Part shown: piece after piece, positions 21,988-35,475 of the stretch
Layout of the letters: each line of letters begins with the position of its first letter
Numbering within the stretch: the stretch's first letter is position 1
Assembly: GCF_036507355.1 (NCBI RefSeq)
Contig: NZ_AP027877.1
DNA length: 64,000 nucleotides
Source of the DNA: Escherichia coli
GTDB taxonomy: Bacteria > Pseudomonadota > Gammaproteobacteria > Enterobacterales > Enterobacteriaceae
Reading direction: 5' to 3' (one strand)
Program-made: the position numbers and the translations under genes
The notes under the pieces: model-generated
Database searches by the model: none
Told to the model about the DNA's origin: nothing
What the model saw: the letters and a program-made list of their open reading frames with translations, nothing else

Positions 21988-22776
21988 ATGCAAGTCGACC
22001 TGCTGAGTTCCGTGCAATCTGCGCACACGTTACACCTTTTTCACCAACATTCCCCTCTTGTGCATTGCATGACCAACGATGTGGTGCAAACCTTTACTGC
22101 CAATACCTTGCTGGCGATCGGTGCATCGCCAGCGATGGTTATCGAAACCGAAGAGGCCAGTCAGTTTGCGGCTATCGCCAGTGCCTTGTTGATTAACGTT
22201 GGCACACTGACGCAGCCACGCGCACAGGCGATGCGTGCTGCCGTTGAGCAAGCAAAAAGCTCTCAAACACCCTGGACGCTTGATCCAGTAGCGGTTGGTG
22301 CGCTCGATTATCGCCGCCATTTTTGTCATGAACTTTTATCTTTTAAACCGGCAGCGATACGTGGTAATGCTTCGGAAATCATGGCATTAGCTGGCGTTGC
22401 TAATGGTGGACGGGGAGTGGATACCACTGACGCCGCAGCTAACGCGATACCCGCTGCACAAACACTGGCACGGGAAACTGGCGCAATCGTCGTGGTCACT
22501 GGCGAGGTGGATTATGTTACCGATGGCCATCGCGCCGTTGGCATTCACGGTGGCGATCCGTTAATGACCAAAGTGGTAGGAACTGGCTGTGCATTATCGG
22601 CGGTTGTCGCTGCCTGCTGTGCGTTACCAGGCGATACGCTGGAAAATGTCGCATCTGCCTGTCACTGGATGAAACAAGCCGGAGAGCGCGCAGTCGCCAG
22701 AAGCGAGGGGCCAGGCAGTTTTGTTCCACATTTCCTTGATGCGCTCTGGCAATTGACGCAGGAGGTGCAGGCATGA
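21988..22776 (+). CDS. thiM: Hydroxyethylthiazole kinase
   Basis: 262-aa ORF; 4-bp overlap with thiD. Confidence 0.95.
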   Translation: MQVDLLSSVQSAHTLHLFHQHSPLVHCMTNDVVQTFTANTLLAIGASPAMVIETEEASQFAAIASALLINVGTLTQPRAQAMRAAVEQAKSSQTPWTLDPVAVGALDYRRHFCHELLSFKPAAIRGNASEIMALAGVANGGRGVDTTDAAANAIPAAQTLARETGAIVVVTGEVDYVTDGHRAVGIHGGDPLMTKVVGTGCALSAVVAACCALPGDTLENVASACHWMKQAGERAVARSEGPGSFVPHFLDALWQLTQEVQA

Positions 22777-23573
22777 AACGAATTAACGCTCTGACGATTG
22801 CCGGTACTGATCCGAGTGGTGGTGCGGGGATTCAGGCCGATCTTAAAACCTTCTCGGCACTTGGCGCTTATGGTTGCTCAGTTATTACTGCACTGGTGGC
22901 GCAAAATACCCGTGGCGTACAGTCGGTGTATCGCATTGAGCCTGATTTTGTCGCCGCCCAGCTCGATTCGGTGTTCAGCGATGTGCGAATCGATACCACT
23001 AAAATCGGTATGTTGGCGGAAACCGATATTGTTGAAGCGGTGGCAGAACGGTTGCAACGTTATCAGATCCAAAACGTGGTACTCGACACCGTTATGCTGG
23101 CAAAAAGCGGCGACCCACTGCTTTCACCTTCGGCAGTTGCCACGCTACGCAGTCGATTATTGCCACAGGTTTCATTAATAACGCCAAACTTGCCCGAAGC
23201 AGCCGCCTTACTCGACGCGCCACACGCGCGCACCGAACAGGAAATGCTGGAACAAGGGCGATCGCTGTTGGCGATGGGCTGTGGCGCAGTGCTAATGAAA
23301 GGTGGTCATCTGGATGATGAGCAAAGCCCGGACTGGCTGTTTACCCGCGAGGGTGAACAACGGTTTACCGCACCGCGCATTATGACCAAAAACACCCACG
23401 GCACTGGTTGTACACTCTCTGCGGCGTTGGCTGCACTACGCCCGCGCCATACAAACTGGGCTGACACCGTACAGGAGGCAAAAAGCTGGCTTTCATCGGC
23501 GTTAGCCCAGGCCGACACGCTGGAAGTTGGTCACGGTATTGGTCCGGTTCACCACTTCCACGCCTGGTGGTGA
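22773..23573 (+). CDS. thiD: Hydroxymethylpyrimidine/phosphomethylpyrimidine kinase
   Basis: 266-aa ORF, translationally coupled to thiM. Confidence 0.95.
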   Translation: MKRINALTIAGTDPSGGAGIQADLKTFSALGAYGCSVITALVAQNTRGVQSVYRIEPDFVAAQLDSVFSDVRIDTTKIGMLAETDIVEAVAERLQRYQIQNVVLDTVMLAKSGDPLLSPSAVATLRSRLLPQVSLITPNLPEAAALLDAPHARTEQEMLEQGRSLLAMGCGAVLMKGGHLDDEQSPDWLFTREGEQRFTAPRIMTKNTHGTGCTLSAALAALRPRHTNWADTVQEAKSWLSSALAQADTLEVGHGIGPVHHFHAWW

Positions 23574-23628
23574 GCACCGTACTATAGCTGCTTTGGTTAT
23601 TGTCAGCCTTTGGCACTGACATTCAGGG

Positions 23629-24456
23629 ATGAAACCAATGCAGCTAAGAATTACCAGTCGAAAAAAACTCACCGCTCTATTATGCGCTCTTGGGCTAATT
23701 TCCATCGTTGCAATTTATCCGCGTCAGACGGTGAATTTTTTCTATTCGACAGCAGTTCAGATTACAGACTACATCCACTTCTACGGTTATCGCCCGGTTA
23801 AATCTTTCGCTATTCGTATTCCTGCCAGTTACACCATTCACGGAATAGATGTTTCGCGCTGGCAGGAGCGGATCGACTGGCAGCGGGTGGCAAAAATGCG
23901 CGATAACGGTATCCGCTTACAATTTGCCTTTATCAAGGCGACGGAAGGCGAAAAGCTGGTGGACCCCTATTTTTCGCGTAACTGGCAACTAAGCCGCGAA
24001 AATGGCCTGCTGCGCGGGGCGTATCATTATTTCTCCCCGTCGGTAGCAGCGCCTGTTCAGGCGCGATTATTTCTGCAAACGGTGGATTTCTCACAAGGCG
24101 ATTTCCCTGCCGTGCTGGACGTAGAAGAACGGGGAAAATTATCGGCAAAAGAATTACGCAAGCGGGTAAGTCAGTGGCTAAAAATGGTCGAAAAAAGTAC
24201 GGGAAAAAAGCCGATTATTTACTCAGGAGCCGTTTTTTATCACACCAATCTGGCGGGCTATTTCAATGAATATCCGTGGTGGGTGGCTCACTACTATCAA
24301 CGTCGTCCGGACAATGACGGCATGGCCTGGCGCTTCTGGCAGCATTCCGACCGTGGACAGGTAGATGGCATCAATGGTCCGGTGGATTTTAATGTGTTTA
24401 ATGGCACGGTGGAGGAGTTGCAGGCATTCGTTGATGGGATTAAAGAAACGCCTTAA
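23629..24456 (+). CDS. yegX: Glycoside hydrolase family 25 (lysozyme-like) protein
   Basis: 275 aa; N-terminal membrane anchor; position as K-12 yegX. Confidence 0.85.
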   Translation: MKPMQLRITSRKKLTALLCALGLISIVAIYPRQTVNFFYSTAVQITDYIHFYGYRPVKSFAIRIPASYTIHGIDVSRWQERIDWQRVAKMRDNGIRLQFAFIKATEGEKLVDPYFSRNWQLSRENGLLRGAYHYFSPSVAAPVQARLFLQTVDFSQGDFPAVLDVEERGKLSAKELRKRVSQWLKMVEKSTGKKPIIYSGAVFYHTNLAGYFNEYPWWVAHYYQRRPDNDGMAWRFWQHSDRGQVDGINGPVDFNVFNGTVEELQAFVDGIKETP

Positions 24457-24507
24457 ATAAGAAGCAGTGATATACTCCCACCAGACTCCCTGGCAGGAAA
24501 AAGACAA

Positions 24508-25254
24508 ATGGAACAAGCGCATACCCAGCTGATTGCCCAACTGAACGAGCGTATTTTAGCGGCGGATAACACGCCGCTTTATATTAAGTTTGCCGAAACG
24601 GTAAAAAATGCCGTGCGCAGCGGGGTGCTGGAGCATGGCAATATTTTGCCCGGTGAGCGTGATTTAAGTCAGTTAACCGGCGTTTCACGCATTACGGTGC
24701 GCAAGGCGATGCAGGCGCTGGAAGAAGAGGGTGTGGTGACGCGTTCGCGCGGTTACGGCACGCAGATCAACAACATCTTCGAATACTCGTTGAAAGAAGC
24801 GCGAGGTTTTTCTCAGCAGGTGGTATTGCGCGGGAAAAAGCCCGATACGCTATGGGTTAACAAGCGTGTCGTGAAATGTCCCGAAGAAGTCGCGCAGCAG
24901 CTGGCGGTCGAAGCGGGAAGTGATGTCTTTTTGCTTAAGCGTATTCGCTATGTCGATGAAGAAGCGGTATCGATTGAGGAATCGTGGGTTCCTGCGCATT
25001 TAATTCATGATGTTGATGCCATCGGAATTTCTCTTTATGACTATTTCCGCAGCCAGCACATTTACCCACAACGTACACGTTCCCGCGTTAGCGCCCGGAT
25101 GCCAGATGCCGAGTTTCAGTCACATATTCAGTTAGATAGCAAAATACCGGTGCTGGTGATCAAGCAAGTGGCGCTTGACCAACAGCAACGGCCTATTGAA
25201 TACAGCATTAGCCACTGTCGCAGCGATCTATACGTTTTTGTGTGCGAGGAGTAG
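24508..25254 (+). CDS. yegW: GntR-family transcriptional regulator
   Basis: 248 aa; N-terminal HTH region (GNILPGERDLSQLTGVSRITVRKAMQALEEEGVV) with C-terminal effector domain. Confidence 0.9.
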   Translation: MEQAHTQLIAQLNERILAADNTPLYIKFAETVKNAVRSGVLEHGNILPGERDLSQLTGVSRITVRKAMQALEEEGVVTRSRGYGTQINNIFEYSLKEARGFSQQVVLRGKKPDTLWVNKRVVKCPEEVAQQLAVEAGSDVFLLKRIRYVDEEAVSIEESWVPAHLIHDVDAIGISLYDYFRSQHIYPQRTRSRVSARMPDAEFQSHIQLDSKIPVLVIKQVALDQQQRPIEYSISHCRSDLYVFVCEE

Positions 25255-26193
25255 TTCCTCGCGCGTTGGCGCACAATCACCGCCCCGATGCCCGACAACC
25301 CACGACGCCACTGCATTGCCCAGTAATACGGCATCCGCCAGTGGCAGACCAGAGGCCAGCCCGGCAAGTACGCCACCGGCATGACTGTCGCCCGCCCCAA
25401 TGGTGTCGACAACTTGCGTTGGAAATGCCGGAATGCAGCCAGAAGCGTCGTTGCTGAAATACCATGCGCCTTCTTTATCGAGACGAACGATCACCGGCGC
25501 GGCAAATTTCTCCTGCCATTGTTTGCCAAGTGTTGTTATCTCTGCGGATAAAGCAAAACGTTCGGCGGCAATCTCAGCCTCTTGACGATTGAGCGACACT
25601 AAAGGGCGACAGGCCATGATCCGCGCCAGTAATGCATCCGGGATATCGCCAATACGTGGGCCAAAATCGATAAACGGCGTCACGTCTTGCAGCTCTTCCA
25701 GCCATTCCACTAATAATTCGCCGCAGGGCGAGGCCAGTTGATAACCGGAAAAATAGAGCAGGCTGCCAGGCGCAACGGTTAATCGCGCCAGCCACTGGCG
25801 ATTCCACTGATTTTCCACACCGCTGAATGACATAAAAGTGCGTTCGCCATCCGGCTCAACCAGCGCCAGACACCAGCCGTTATCACCTTCGGCGTTATCG
25901 ATCAGGCTGATTAACCCCTCTTTCGCCATCCGGTTGCGAATAATCTCCGCCCACACGCCCTGACCGAGCGGCAAGGCATTACCCGCTTCGATGCCGAGGC
26001 GCTTTAACGCCACGGCAATATTCAGTGCGCAGCCGCCAACGTTAACGCTCTGCTGTTTCAGTTCGATATCGCACCCACGCCAGGGGAGGGCATAAGCGTC
26101 GGCGATCACGTCAATGACCGCCGCGCCGACGACCATCACCGACTGACGCGTGGTTAATTCAGGCAGCAGCGTGTGTAATCGAGCGCCGCTCAT
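25228..26193 (-). CDS. yegV: PfkB-family sugar kinase
   Basis: 321 aa; carbohydrate-kinase signature near C-terminus (DTIGAGDSHAGGVLAG). Confidence 0.9.
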   Translation of the reverse strand: MSGARLHTLLPELTTRQSVMVVGAAVIDVIADAYALPWRGCDIELKQQSVNVGGCALNIAVALKRLGIEAGNALPLGQGVWAEIIRNRMAKEGLISLIDNAEGDNGWCLALVEPDGERTFMSFSGVENQWNRQWLARLTVAPGSLLYFSGYQLASPCGELLVEWLEELQDVTPFIDFGPRIGDIPDALLARIMACRPLVSLNRQEAEIAAERFALSAEITTLGKQWQEKFAAPVIVRLDKEGAWYFSNDASGCIPAFPTQVVDTIGAGDSHAGGVLAGLASGLPLADAVLLGNAVASWVVGHRGGDCAPTREELLLAHKNV

Positions 26194-27194
26194 ACCGCCT
26201 CCCGTTGTTGACGATATTTCGCCAGCGCTGTGGCATAGCGGTTGAAATCAAGCTGATTTACCGCATCCAGCTCCGCCTTTAACGCAGGATCGATAGCGTT
26301 AATGCCATGCAACGCGCCGCAGATTGCCGTCGCCATAGCACCGATGGTGTCTGTATCGCCGCCAAGGTTAGCGCAGAGGACGGCGCAACGGTTCGGGTCG
26401 GTTTGTGCCAGTTCAACCAGCGCAATGGCGCACGGAACGGACTCAATAGTGCTGGTACCTGCGCCAACGACCTGGTAAAGCTGTTCGCTGGCGGATTCGG
26501 TGCCGTCGGCATTGCGCACAATTTTCAGCGCAATCTCCAGCCGTGCCGCCAGTGAGGCGCTGAAGGTAGTGATGCGTTTTTGCTGGGCATGTCGGGCAAT
26601 TGAAGGCAGTGAATCAACAATCGCTGACCAGCTTTCTCCGTCAATGGCACGAGAAATCGCCCATGCGATGACTACCGCACCTGCAACTGCCAGATCGGAT
26701 TTATGGGTCGGGCTCGACGCCAGCGCCACATCATCAATAAAGGAATCAACATCACGCGCCGGAAGCAAACAACCTAATGGCGAGACGCGCATCGCTGCGC
26801 CGTTGGTCACGCCGTTGTTTTCCAGTTCAGCAACGGGTTTACCGTCGCGAATGGCGTTAAGCGCAATCTTCGAGGTCGGACCTAGTACGTTTTTATTAAA
26901 GGCGTCGAAACGCAGCGCCCAGTCGAGAATATTACGCCCAATCAGATCCGGATCGATCTTGCCTTTACGTTCCAGCAACGCATCCGCCAGACACAGCGCC
27001 ATCGAGGTATCGTCGGTGAATTCGGCGCGGTTAAAATAACAGGCCGCGTTATTCTCCTTTGGTCCAGGCAGAAAACGGTCAATCCAGCCAAAGTGTGCTT
27101 TAACGCGGCTGCGTGGCCAAAGCTCGGAGGGCATCCCCATCGCATCCCCTAACGCCTGCCCATAAAGAGCACCGAGAATACGTTCTGTTTTCAT
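26190..27194 (-). CDS. yegU: ADP-ribosylglycohydrolase-family protein
   Basis: 334 aa; 4-bp overlap with yegV and with yegT upstream (yegTUV operon). Confidence 0.9.
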   Translation of the reverse strand: MKTERILGALYGQALGDAMGMPSELWPRSRVKAHFGWIDRFLPGPKENNAACYFNRAEFTDDTSMALCLADALLERKGKIDPDLIGRNILDWALRFDAFNKNVLGPTSKIALNAIRDGKPVAELENNGVTNGAAMRVSPLGCLLPARDVDSFIDDVALASSPTHKSDLAVAGAVVIAWAISRAIDGESWSAIVDSLPSIARHAQQKRITTFSASLAARLEIALKIVRNADGTESASEQLYQVVGAGTSTIESVPCAIALVELAQTDPNRCAVLCANLGGDTDTIGAMATAICGALHGINAIDPALKAELDAVNQLDFNRYATALAKYRQQREAV

Positions 27195-28468
27195 TTAACT
27201 TCCCCTTGTGTCAACGCAATATCGCGATCATCGACCTTGATAGCCGTAATTTCGTTGTCGGATTCGCGGAAAAAGATCATGAACAGCACGGCGATAATGG
27301 CAATCATCACCGCGCCAAAAGTCCACATCCCGGACCAGTTGAAAGTCAGTCCGTTTACCGGTTCCTGATAAGCGAACATCTTTTCCATCATCACACCGCC
27401 AAGACGATAGCCGAGCAAACTGCCGAAGCCCTGGCAGCAGAGCGTGATCAGCCCCTGCGCAGCGGTACGCATATGCACGGGGGCTTTTTTATCGACATAG
27501 ATGTAAGCGGTAACGTAGTAAAAATCGTAACTTACGCCGTGAAGCAAAATACCGAGGAACAGTAACGCGTAGGTGAAATATTCATCCGCACTACCGTAAA
27601 TAAAGAAGCCATAGCGGATCGCAGCGGTGACCAGACCAAGCAATAATACCTTTTTGATACCAAAGCGTTTAGTGAAAAACGGTAATGCCAGCATAAAGAA
27701 TATTTCAGAGAACTGGCCGAGCGTCATCCAGCCGGTGGCGTTGTTCATGCCAACTTCGGTCAGATAACCGTTGGCAAAGATGTAATAGAACGCCAGTGGC
27801 ATCGCAAACAGGAATGAACAGAAGAAAAAGACGAGGAAGTTTTTATCGCGCAGTAGGATCAGCGCATCCAGGCCGAGCATGACTTTAATGTCCATTTTGC
27901 CGGTGCTTTTTGGCGGCGTGTCGGGCAGTAAAAACGCAAACACACCGAGCAGAGCAGAACTTCCGGCGGTAATCAGCAGCGGGATGTTAGTCGGTGAGAT
28001 ATCGGCATACCCCAGCATTTGCGGCAAGAAACCACATGCCAGACCAGAGGCAATCCAGCCGATAGTGCCCATCACACGAATGCGCGGGAAATCACGCTCC
28101 ACATCCGGCACGTTGGCAAAAGCGATACTGTTAGTCAGCGCAATGGTCGGCATATAGGTTAGCGAGTAGGCCAGCAGTAACGGGAAGAACCCGGCAAAAG
28201 TGGTCTGTTGCGCAGCGAAATACATCAGCAGCGCGCCTGCGAACATCAATACCGCCAGCACTTTTTGCGCCGAGAAAAAGCGGTCAGTGATGGAGCCAAC
28301 CAGAATTGGCGACAGGATCGCCGCAATGGCTGTGCAGGCATACGACCAGCCAATTTCTCCGGCACTAAAACCGCTTTTACTTAACCACAACCACAATGGC
28401 ACAAACCACGCGCCCCAGATAAACCATTCAACAAACATCATGAACGACAGCTTTGCTGTTGTTTTCAT
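27191..28468 (-). CDS. yegT: MFS nucleoside transporter
   Basis: 425 aa, polytopic membrane protein. Confidence 0.9.
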   Translation of the reverse strand: MKTTAKLSFMMFVEWFIWGAWFVPLWLWLSKSGFSAGEIGWSYACTAIAAILSPILVGSITDRFFSAQKVLAVLMFAGALLMYFAAQQTTFAGFFPLLLAYSLTYMPTIALTNSIAFANVPDVERDFPRIRVMGTIGWIASGLACGFLPQMLGYADISPTNIPLLITAGSSALLGVFAFLLPDTPPKSTGKMDIKVMLGLDALILLRDKNFLVFFFCSFLFAMPLAFYYIFANGYLTEVGMNNATGWMTLGQFSEIFFMLALPFFTKRFGIKKVLLLGLVTAAIRYGFFIYGSADEYFTYALLFLGILLHGVSYDFYYVTAYIYVDKKAPVHMRTAAQGLITLCCQGFGSLLGYRLGGVMMEKMFAYQEPVNGLTFNWSGMWTFGAVMIAIIAVLFMIFFRESDNEITAIKVDDRDIALTQGEVK

Positions 28469-28724
28469 CTTTTAATTCCTTCATGACAGGTAATGCAAGG
28501 TACGCGATGACAATACCACTTAATAATACCTTTTAAATACCTTTGCGGTGAAAACTTGACCGCGCTAACATTTTTTCTGATGAATCGAGCCAACAGAAAA
28601 CGCTGAAAAAACATCCAAAAGATGGAAAAACTCGCCCGTAACGACCAGGATTATGATTGCCCGCAAAAGGCGGGCCAGGACAATCCATAGCCGATATCCA
28701 ATCGGAATTTACGGGAGCATAGTA

Positions 28725-29777
28725 ATGACAGATATTGCACAGTTGCTTGGCAAAGACGCCGACAACCTTTTACAGCACCGTTGTATGACTATTCCTTCTG
28801 ACCAGCTTTATCTCCCCGGACATGACTACGTAGACCGCGTGATGATTGACAATAATCGCCCGCCAGCGGTGTTACGTAATATGCAGACGTTGTACAACAC
28901 CGGGCGTCTGGCTGGCACAGGATATCTTTCTATTCTGCCGGTTGACCAGGGCGTTGAGCACTCTGCCGGAGCTTCATTTGCTGCTAACCCGCTCTACTTT
29001 GACCCGAAAAACATTGTTGAACTGGCGATCGAAGCGGGCTGTAACTGTGTGGCATCAACTTACGGCGTGCTGGCGTCGGTATCGCGGCGTTATGCGCATC
29101 GCATTCCATTCCTCGTCAAACTTAATCACAACGAGACGCTAAGTTACCCGAACACCTACGATCAAACGCTGTATGCCAGCGTGGAGCAGGCGTTCAACAT
29201 GGGTGCGGTGGCGGTTGGTGCGACTATCTATTTTGGCTCGGAAGAGTCACGTCGCCAGATTGAAGAAATTTCTGCGGCTTTTGAACGTGCGCACGAGCTG
29301 GGCATGGTGACAGTGCTGTGGGCCTATTTGCGTAACTCCGCCTTTAAGAAAGATGGCGTTGATTACCATGTTTCCGCCGACCTGACTGGTCAGGCGAACC
29401 ATCTGGCGGCAACCATAGGTGCAGATATCGTCAAACAAAAAATGGCGGAAAATAACGGCGGCTATAAAGCAATTAATTACGGTTATACCGACGATCGCGT
29501 GTACAGCAAGTTAACCAGCGAAAACCCGATTGATCTGGTGCGTTATCAGTTAGCTAACTGCTATATGGGCCGGGCCGGGTTGATAAACTCCGGTGGTGCT
29601 GCAGGCGGTGAAACTGACCTCAGTGATGCAGTGCGTACTGCGGTTATCAACAAACGCGCTGGCGGAATGGGGCTGATTCTTGGACGTAAGGCGTTCAAGA
29701 AATCGATGGCTGACGGCGTGAAACTGATTAACGCCGTGCAGGACGTTTATCTCGATAGCAAAATTACTATCGCCTGA
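28725..29777 (+). CDS. fbaB: Class I fructose-bisphosphate aldolase
   Basis: 350 aa from [42 protein letters not shown]-track start 28653 is an upstream extension. Confidence 0.9.
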
Positions 29778-29802
29778 TGTGCTTTGTACGACCAGCACTG
29801 CC

Positions 29803-29840
29803 ACGTATGACGGATAAGGCGTTTACACTGCATCCGGCAT
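29803..29840. repeat. REP (repetitive extragenic palindromic) element
   Basis: GACGGATAAGGCGTTTACACTGCATCCGGCAT, matching the REP consensus. Confidence 0.6.
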
Positions 29841-29861
29841 AAAATAACGCGCACTTTGCTA

Positions 29862-29891
29862 CGGCTTCCCTATCGGGAGGCCGTTTTTTTT
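29862..29891 (+). terminator. Rho-independent terminator after fbaB
   Basis: Hairpin CGGCTTCCC-TATC-GGGAGGCCG followed by TTTTTTTT. Confidence 0.65.
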
Positions 29892-29953
29892 GCCTTTCAC
29901 TCCTCTAACAATTTTCATATTGTCGTTTTTGTGATCGTTATCTCGACATTTAA

Positions 29954-32152
<2,199 letters not shown>

Positions 32153-32161
32153 GGACGGTAT

Positions 32162-32614
32162 ATGACTAACCTGTTTGTTCGTAGCGGAATTTCTTTTGTC
32201 GATCGTAGCGAAGTTTTAACCCATATCGGTAATGAGATGCTCGCCAAAGGTGTGGTTCATGATACCTGGCCACAGGCATTAATTGCCAGAGAAGCAGAAT
32301 TCCCTACCGGGATAATGCTTGAGCAGCACGCCATTGCAATACCGCATTGTGAGGCGATTCATGCTAAGTCGTCAGCCATTTATCTGTTAAGGCCAACAAA
32401 TAAAGTTCATTTTCAGCAAGCGGATGATGATAATGACGTGGCGGTATCGTTGGTTATTGCGTTGATTGTGGAAAATCCGCAGCAGCAATTGAAACTTTTA
32501 CGCTGTTTATTTGGCAAGTTACAACAGCCCGATATCGTCGAGACACTAATCACTCTTCCTGAAACCCAGTTAAAGGAATACTTCACAAAGTATGTTTTAG
32601 ATTCAGACGAATAA
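32162..32614 (+). CDS. gatA: Galactitol PTS EIIA
   Basis: 150 aa. Confidence 0.9.
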   Translation: MTNLFVRSGISFVDRSEVLTHIGNEMLAKGVVHDTWPQALIAREAEFPTGIMLEQHAIAIPHCEAIHAKSSAIYLLRPTNKVHFQQADDDNDVAVSLVIALIVENPQQQLKLLRCLFGKLQQPDIVETLITLPETQLKEYFTKYVLDSDE

Positions 32615-32644
32615 ATCCCTCTGTAACAATAAAAAGGACTATTT

Positions 32645-32929
32645 ATGAAACGCAAGATTATTGTCGCTTGCGGAGGCGCGGTTGCGACCTCTACGATGGC
32701 GGCGGAAGAAATTAAAGAGTTGTGTCAGAGTCATAATATTCCTGTTGAATTAATCCAGTGTCGGGTTAATGAAATAGAAACCTATATGGATGGTGTGCAT
32801 TTGATATGTACCACTGCCAGGGTGGATCGTAGTTTTGGCGATATTCCGTTAGTTCACGGCATGCCTTTTGTTTCTGGTGTCGGTATCGAAGCATTACAAA
32901 ATAAAATTCTGACTATCTTACAGGGGTGA
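32645..32929 (+). CDS. gatB: Galactitol PTS EIIB
   Basis: 94 aa; Cys near N-terminus ([11 protein letters not shown]). Confidence 0.9.
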
Positions 32930-32932
32930 CCT

Positions 32933-34288
32933 ATGTTTTCAGAAGTCATGCGTTATATTCTCGACCTCGGCCCTACGGTGATGCTGCCGATTGTCATCAT
33001 AATTTTTTCTAAAATATTAGGCATGAAGGCAGGCGATTGCTTTAAAGCGGGTCTGCATATCGGGATTGGCTTTGTTGGCATTGGCCTTGTGATTGGCTTA
33101 ATGCTGGATTCCATTGGCCCGGTGGCGAAAGCGATGGCGGAAAATTTCGACCTGAATCTGCATGTGGTCGATGTCGGCTGGCCGGGCTCTTCACCAATGA
33201 CCTGGGCGTCGCAAATTGCGCTGGTGGCGATTCCGATTGCGATTCTGGTTAACGTGGCGATGTTACTGACCCGTATGACGCGGGTGGTAAATGTTGATAT
33301 CTGGAATATCTGGCATATGACCTTCACCGGCGCGTTGCTGCATCTGGCAACCGGTTCATGGATGATAGGGATGGCGGGTGTGGTAATTCACGCGGCGTTT
33401 GTTTATAAGCTCGGCGACTGGTTTGCCCGCGATACCCGAAATTTCTTTGAGCTGGAAGGCATTGCTATTCCGCACGGTACGTCGGCGTATATGGGGCCGA
33501 TTGCGGTGCTGGTCGATGCCATTATCGAGAAAATCCCAGGTGTTAACCGAATTAAATTTAGCGCCGACGATATTCAGCGCAAATTTGGTCCGTTTGGCGA
33601 GCCTGTCACCGTGGGTTTTGTGATGGGGCTGATTATCGGCATCCTCGCGGGTTACGATGTCAAAGGTGTATTGCAGCTGGCGGTAAAAACGGCGGCGGTG
33701 ATGCTGCTAATGCCACGGGTGATTAAACCCATCATGGATGGTTTAACGCCCATCGCTAAGCAGGCCCGTAGTCGTTTACAGGCGAAGTTCGGCGGTCAGG
33801 AGTTCCTGATTGGCCTGGATCCCGCATTACTGCTGGGGCATACGGCGGTGGTATCGGCAAGCCTGATTTTTATTCCGCTCACCATTTTAATTGCTGTTTG
33901 TGTTCCGGGTAATCAGGTACTGCCGTTTGGCGATCTTGCAACTATCGGCTTCTTCGTGGCGATGGCGGTCGCGGTGCATCGTGGAAATCTGTTCCGCACC
34001 TTAATCTCGGGTGTCATCATTATGAGCATCACCCTGTGGATCGCGACGCAAACTATTGGTTTGCACACCCAACTGGCGGCTAATGCTGGGGCGTTAAAAG
34101 CCGGGGGTATGGTGGCTTCAATGGATCAGGGCGGTTCTCCCATTACCTGGTTACTGATTCAGGTTTTCTCCCCGCAAAATATTCCCGGTTTCATTATTAT
34201 CGGCGCAATTTATCTTACCGGTATTTTCATGACCTGGCGTAGAGCGCGTGGCTTTATTAAACAAGAGAAAGTCGTTCTCGCAGAATAA
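32933..34288 (+). CDS. gatC: Galactitol PTS EIIC permease
   Basis: 451 aa, polytopic membrane protein. Confidence 0.9.
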   Translation: MFSEVMRYILDLGPTVMLPIVIIIFSKILGMKAGDCFKAGLHIGIGFVGIGLVIGLMLDSIGPVAKAMAENFDLNLHVVDVGWPGSSPMTWASQIALVAIPIAILVNVAMLLTRMTRVVNVDIWNIWHMTFTGALLHLATGSWMIGMAGVVIHAAFVYKLGDWFARDTRNFFELEGIAIPHGTSAYMGPIAVLVDAIIEKIPGVNRIKFSADDIQRKFGPFGEPVTVGFVMGLIIGILAGYDVKGVLQLAVKTAAVMLLMPRVIKPIMDGLTPIAKQARSRLQAKFGGQEFLIGLDPALLLGHTAVVSASLIFIPLTILIAVCVPGNQVLPFGDLATIGFFVAMAVAVHRGNLFRTLISGVIIMSITLWIATQTIGLHTQLAANAGALKAGGMVASMDQGGSPITWLLIQVFSPQNIPGFIIIGAIYLTGIFMTWRRARGFIKQEKVVLAE

Positions 34289-34335
34289 TTTTTACCTGAG
34301 GGGGAGGTTATCCCCCTTAACAATCAGGAGTTTTT

Positions 34336-35376
34336 ATGAAATCAGTGGTGAATGATACTGATGGTATCGTGCGCGTTGCAGAAAGCGTCATTCCTGAAAT
34401 TAAACATCAGGATGAGGTGCGGGTAAAAATTGCCAGCTCGGGCTTATGTGGTTCCGATTTACCCAGGATATTTAAAAATGGTGCACATTATTATCCAATA
34501 ACGTTAGGCCATGAATTTAGCGGCTATATTGATGCGGTAGGATCCGGTGTTGATGATTTACACCCTGGCGATGCGGTTGCCTGTGTGCCGTTATTACCCT
34601 GTTTTACTTGTCCAGAGTGTTTGAAAGGGTTTTATTCCCAGTGCGCAAAATATGATTTTATTGGCTCACGGCGTGATGGAGGATTTGCCGAATATATTGT
34701 CGTTAAGCGAAAAAATGTCTTTGCTCTACCCACGGATATGCCTATTGAGGATGGGGCTTTTATTGAGCCGATTACCGTTGGCCTGCATGCTTTTCATTTA
34801 GCGCAAGGTTGTGAGAATAAAAACGTTATTATTATTGGTGCCGGAACCATTGGCCTGCTGGCTATTCAGTGCGCTGTCGCGCTGGGAGCAAAGAGTGTGA
34901 CGGCGATCGACATTAGCTCAGAAAAACTGTCACTGGCAAAATCTTTCGGTGCGATGCAAACATTTAACAGTAGCGAAATGAGCGCGCCGCAAATGCAGGG
35001 GGTTTTACGCGAGCTGCGCTTTAATCAGCTTATCCTCGAGACGGCTGGCGTACCGCAAACTGTCGAACTGGCGGTAGAGATTGCCGGTCCTCATGCCCAA
35101 CTGGCGCTGGTGGGCACGTTGCATCAGGATCTGCATTTAACATCGGCAACGTTTGGCAAAATATTGCGTAAAGAGTTGACGGTTATCGGCAGTTGGATGA
35201 ACTACTCCAGCCCTTGGCCAGGGCAGGAGTGGGAAACGGCGAGCCGGTTGCTGACAGAACGTAAGTTAAGCCTGGAGCCATTAATCGCTCACCGTGGAAG
35301 CTTTGAATGCTTCGCCCAGGCGGTGCGTGACATCGCTCGTAATGCTATGCCGGGCAAAGTGTTGCTCATTCCCTGA
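34336..35376 (+). CDS. gatD: Galactitol-1-phosphate 5-dehydrogenase (Zn-dependent MDR family)
   Basis: 346 aa; zinc-ADH motifs (GHEFSGY, CxxCxxC) and GxGxxG NAD fold. Confidence 0.9.
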   Translation: MKSVVNDTDGIVRVAESVIPEIKHQDEVRVKIASSGLCGSDLPRIFKNGAHYYPITLGHEFSGYIDAVGSGVDDLHPGDAVACVPLLPCFTCPECLKGFYSQCAKYDFIGSRRDGGFAEYIVVKRKNVFALPTDMPIEDGAFIEPITVGLHAFHLAQGCENKNVIIIGAGTIGLLAIQCAVALGAKSVTAIDISSEKLSLAKSFGAMQTFNSSEMSAPQMQGVLRELRFNQLILETAGVPQTVELAVEIAGPHAQLALVGTLHQDLHLTSATFGKILRKELTVIGSWMNYSSPWPGQEWETASRLLTERKLSLEPLIAHRGSFECFAQAVRDIARNAMPGKVLLIP

Positions 35377-35475
35377 AACCGCGGGCCAGCGTGATGCTGG
35401 CCCGGTATTGTGCAAAACAGATCATTCACCAATGGTCCCCCTTCGTTTACACTAGCCACAATTGAATATGGGTAA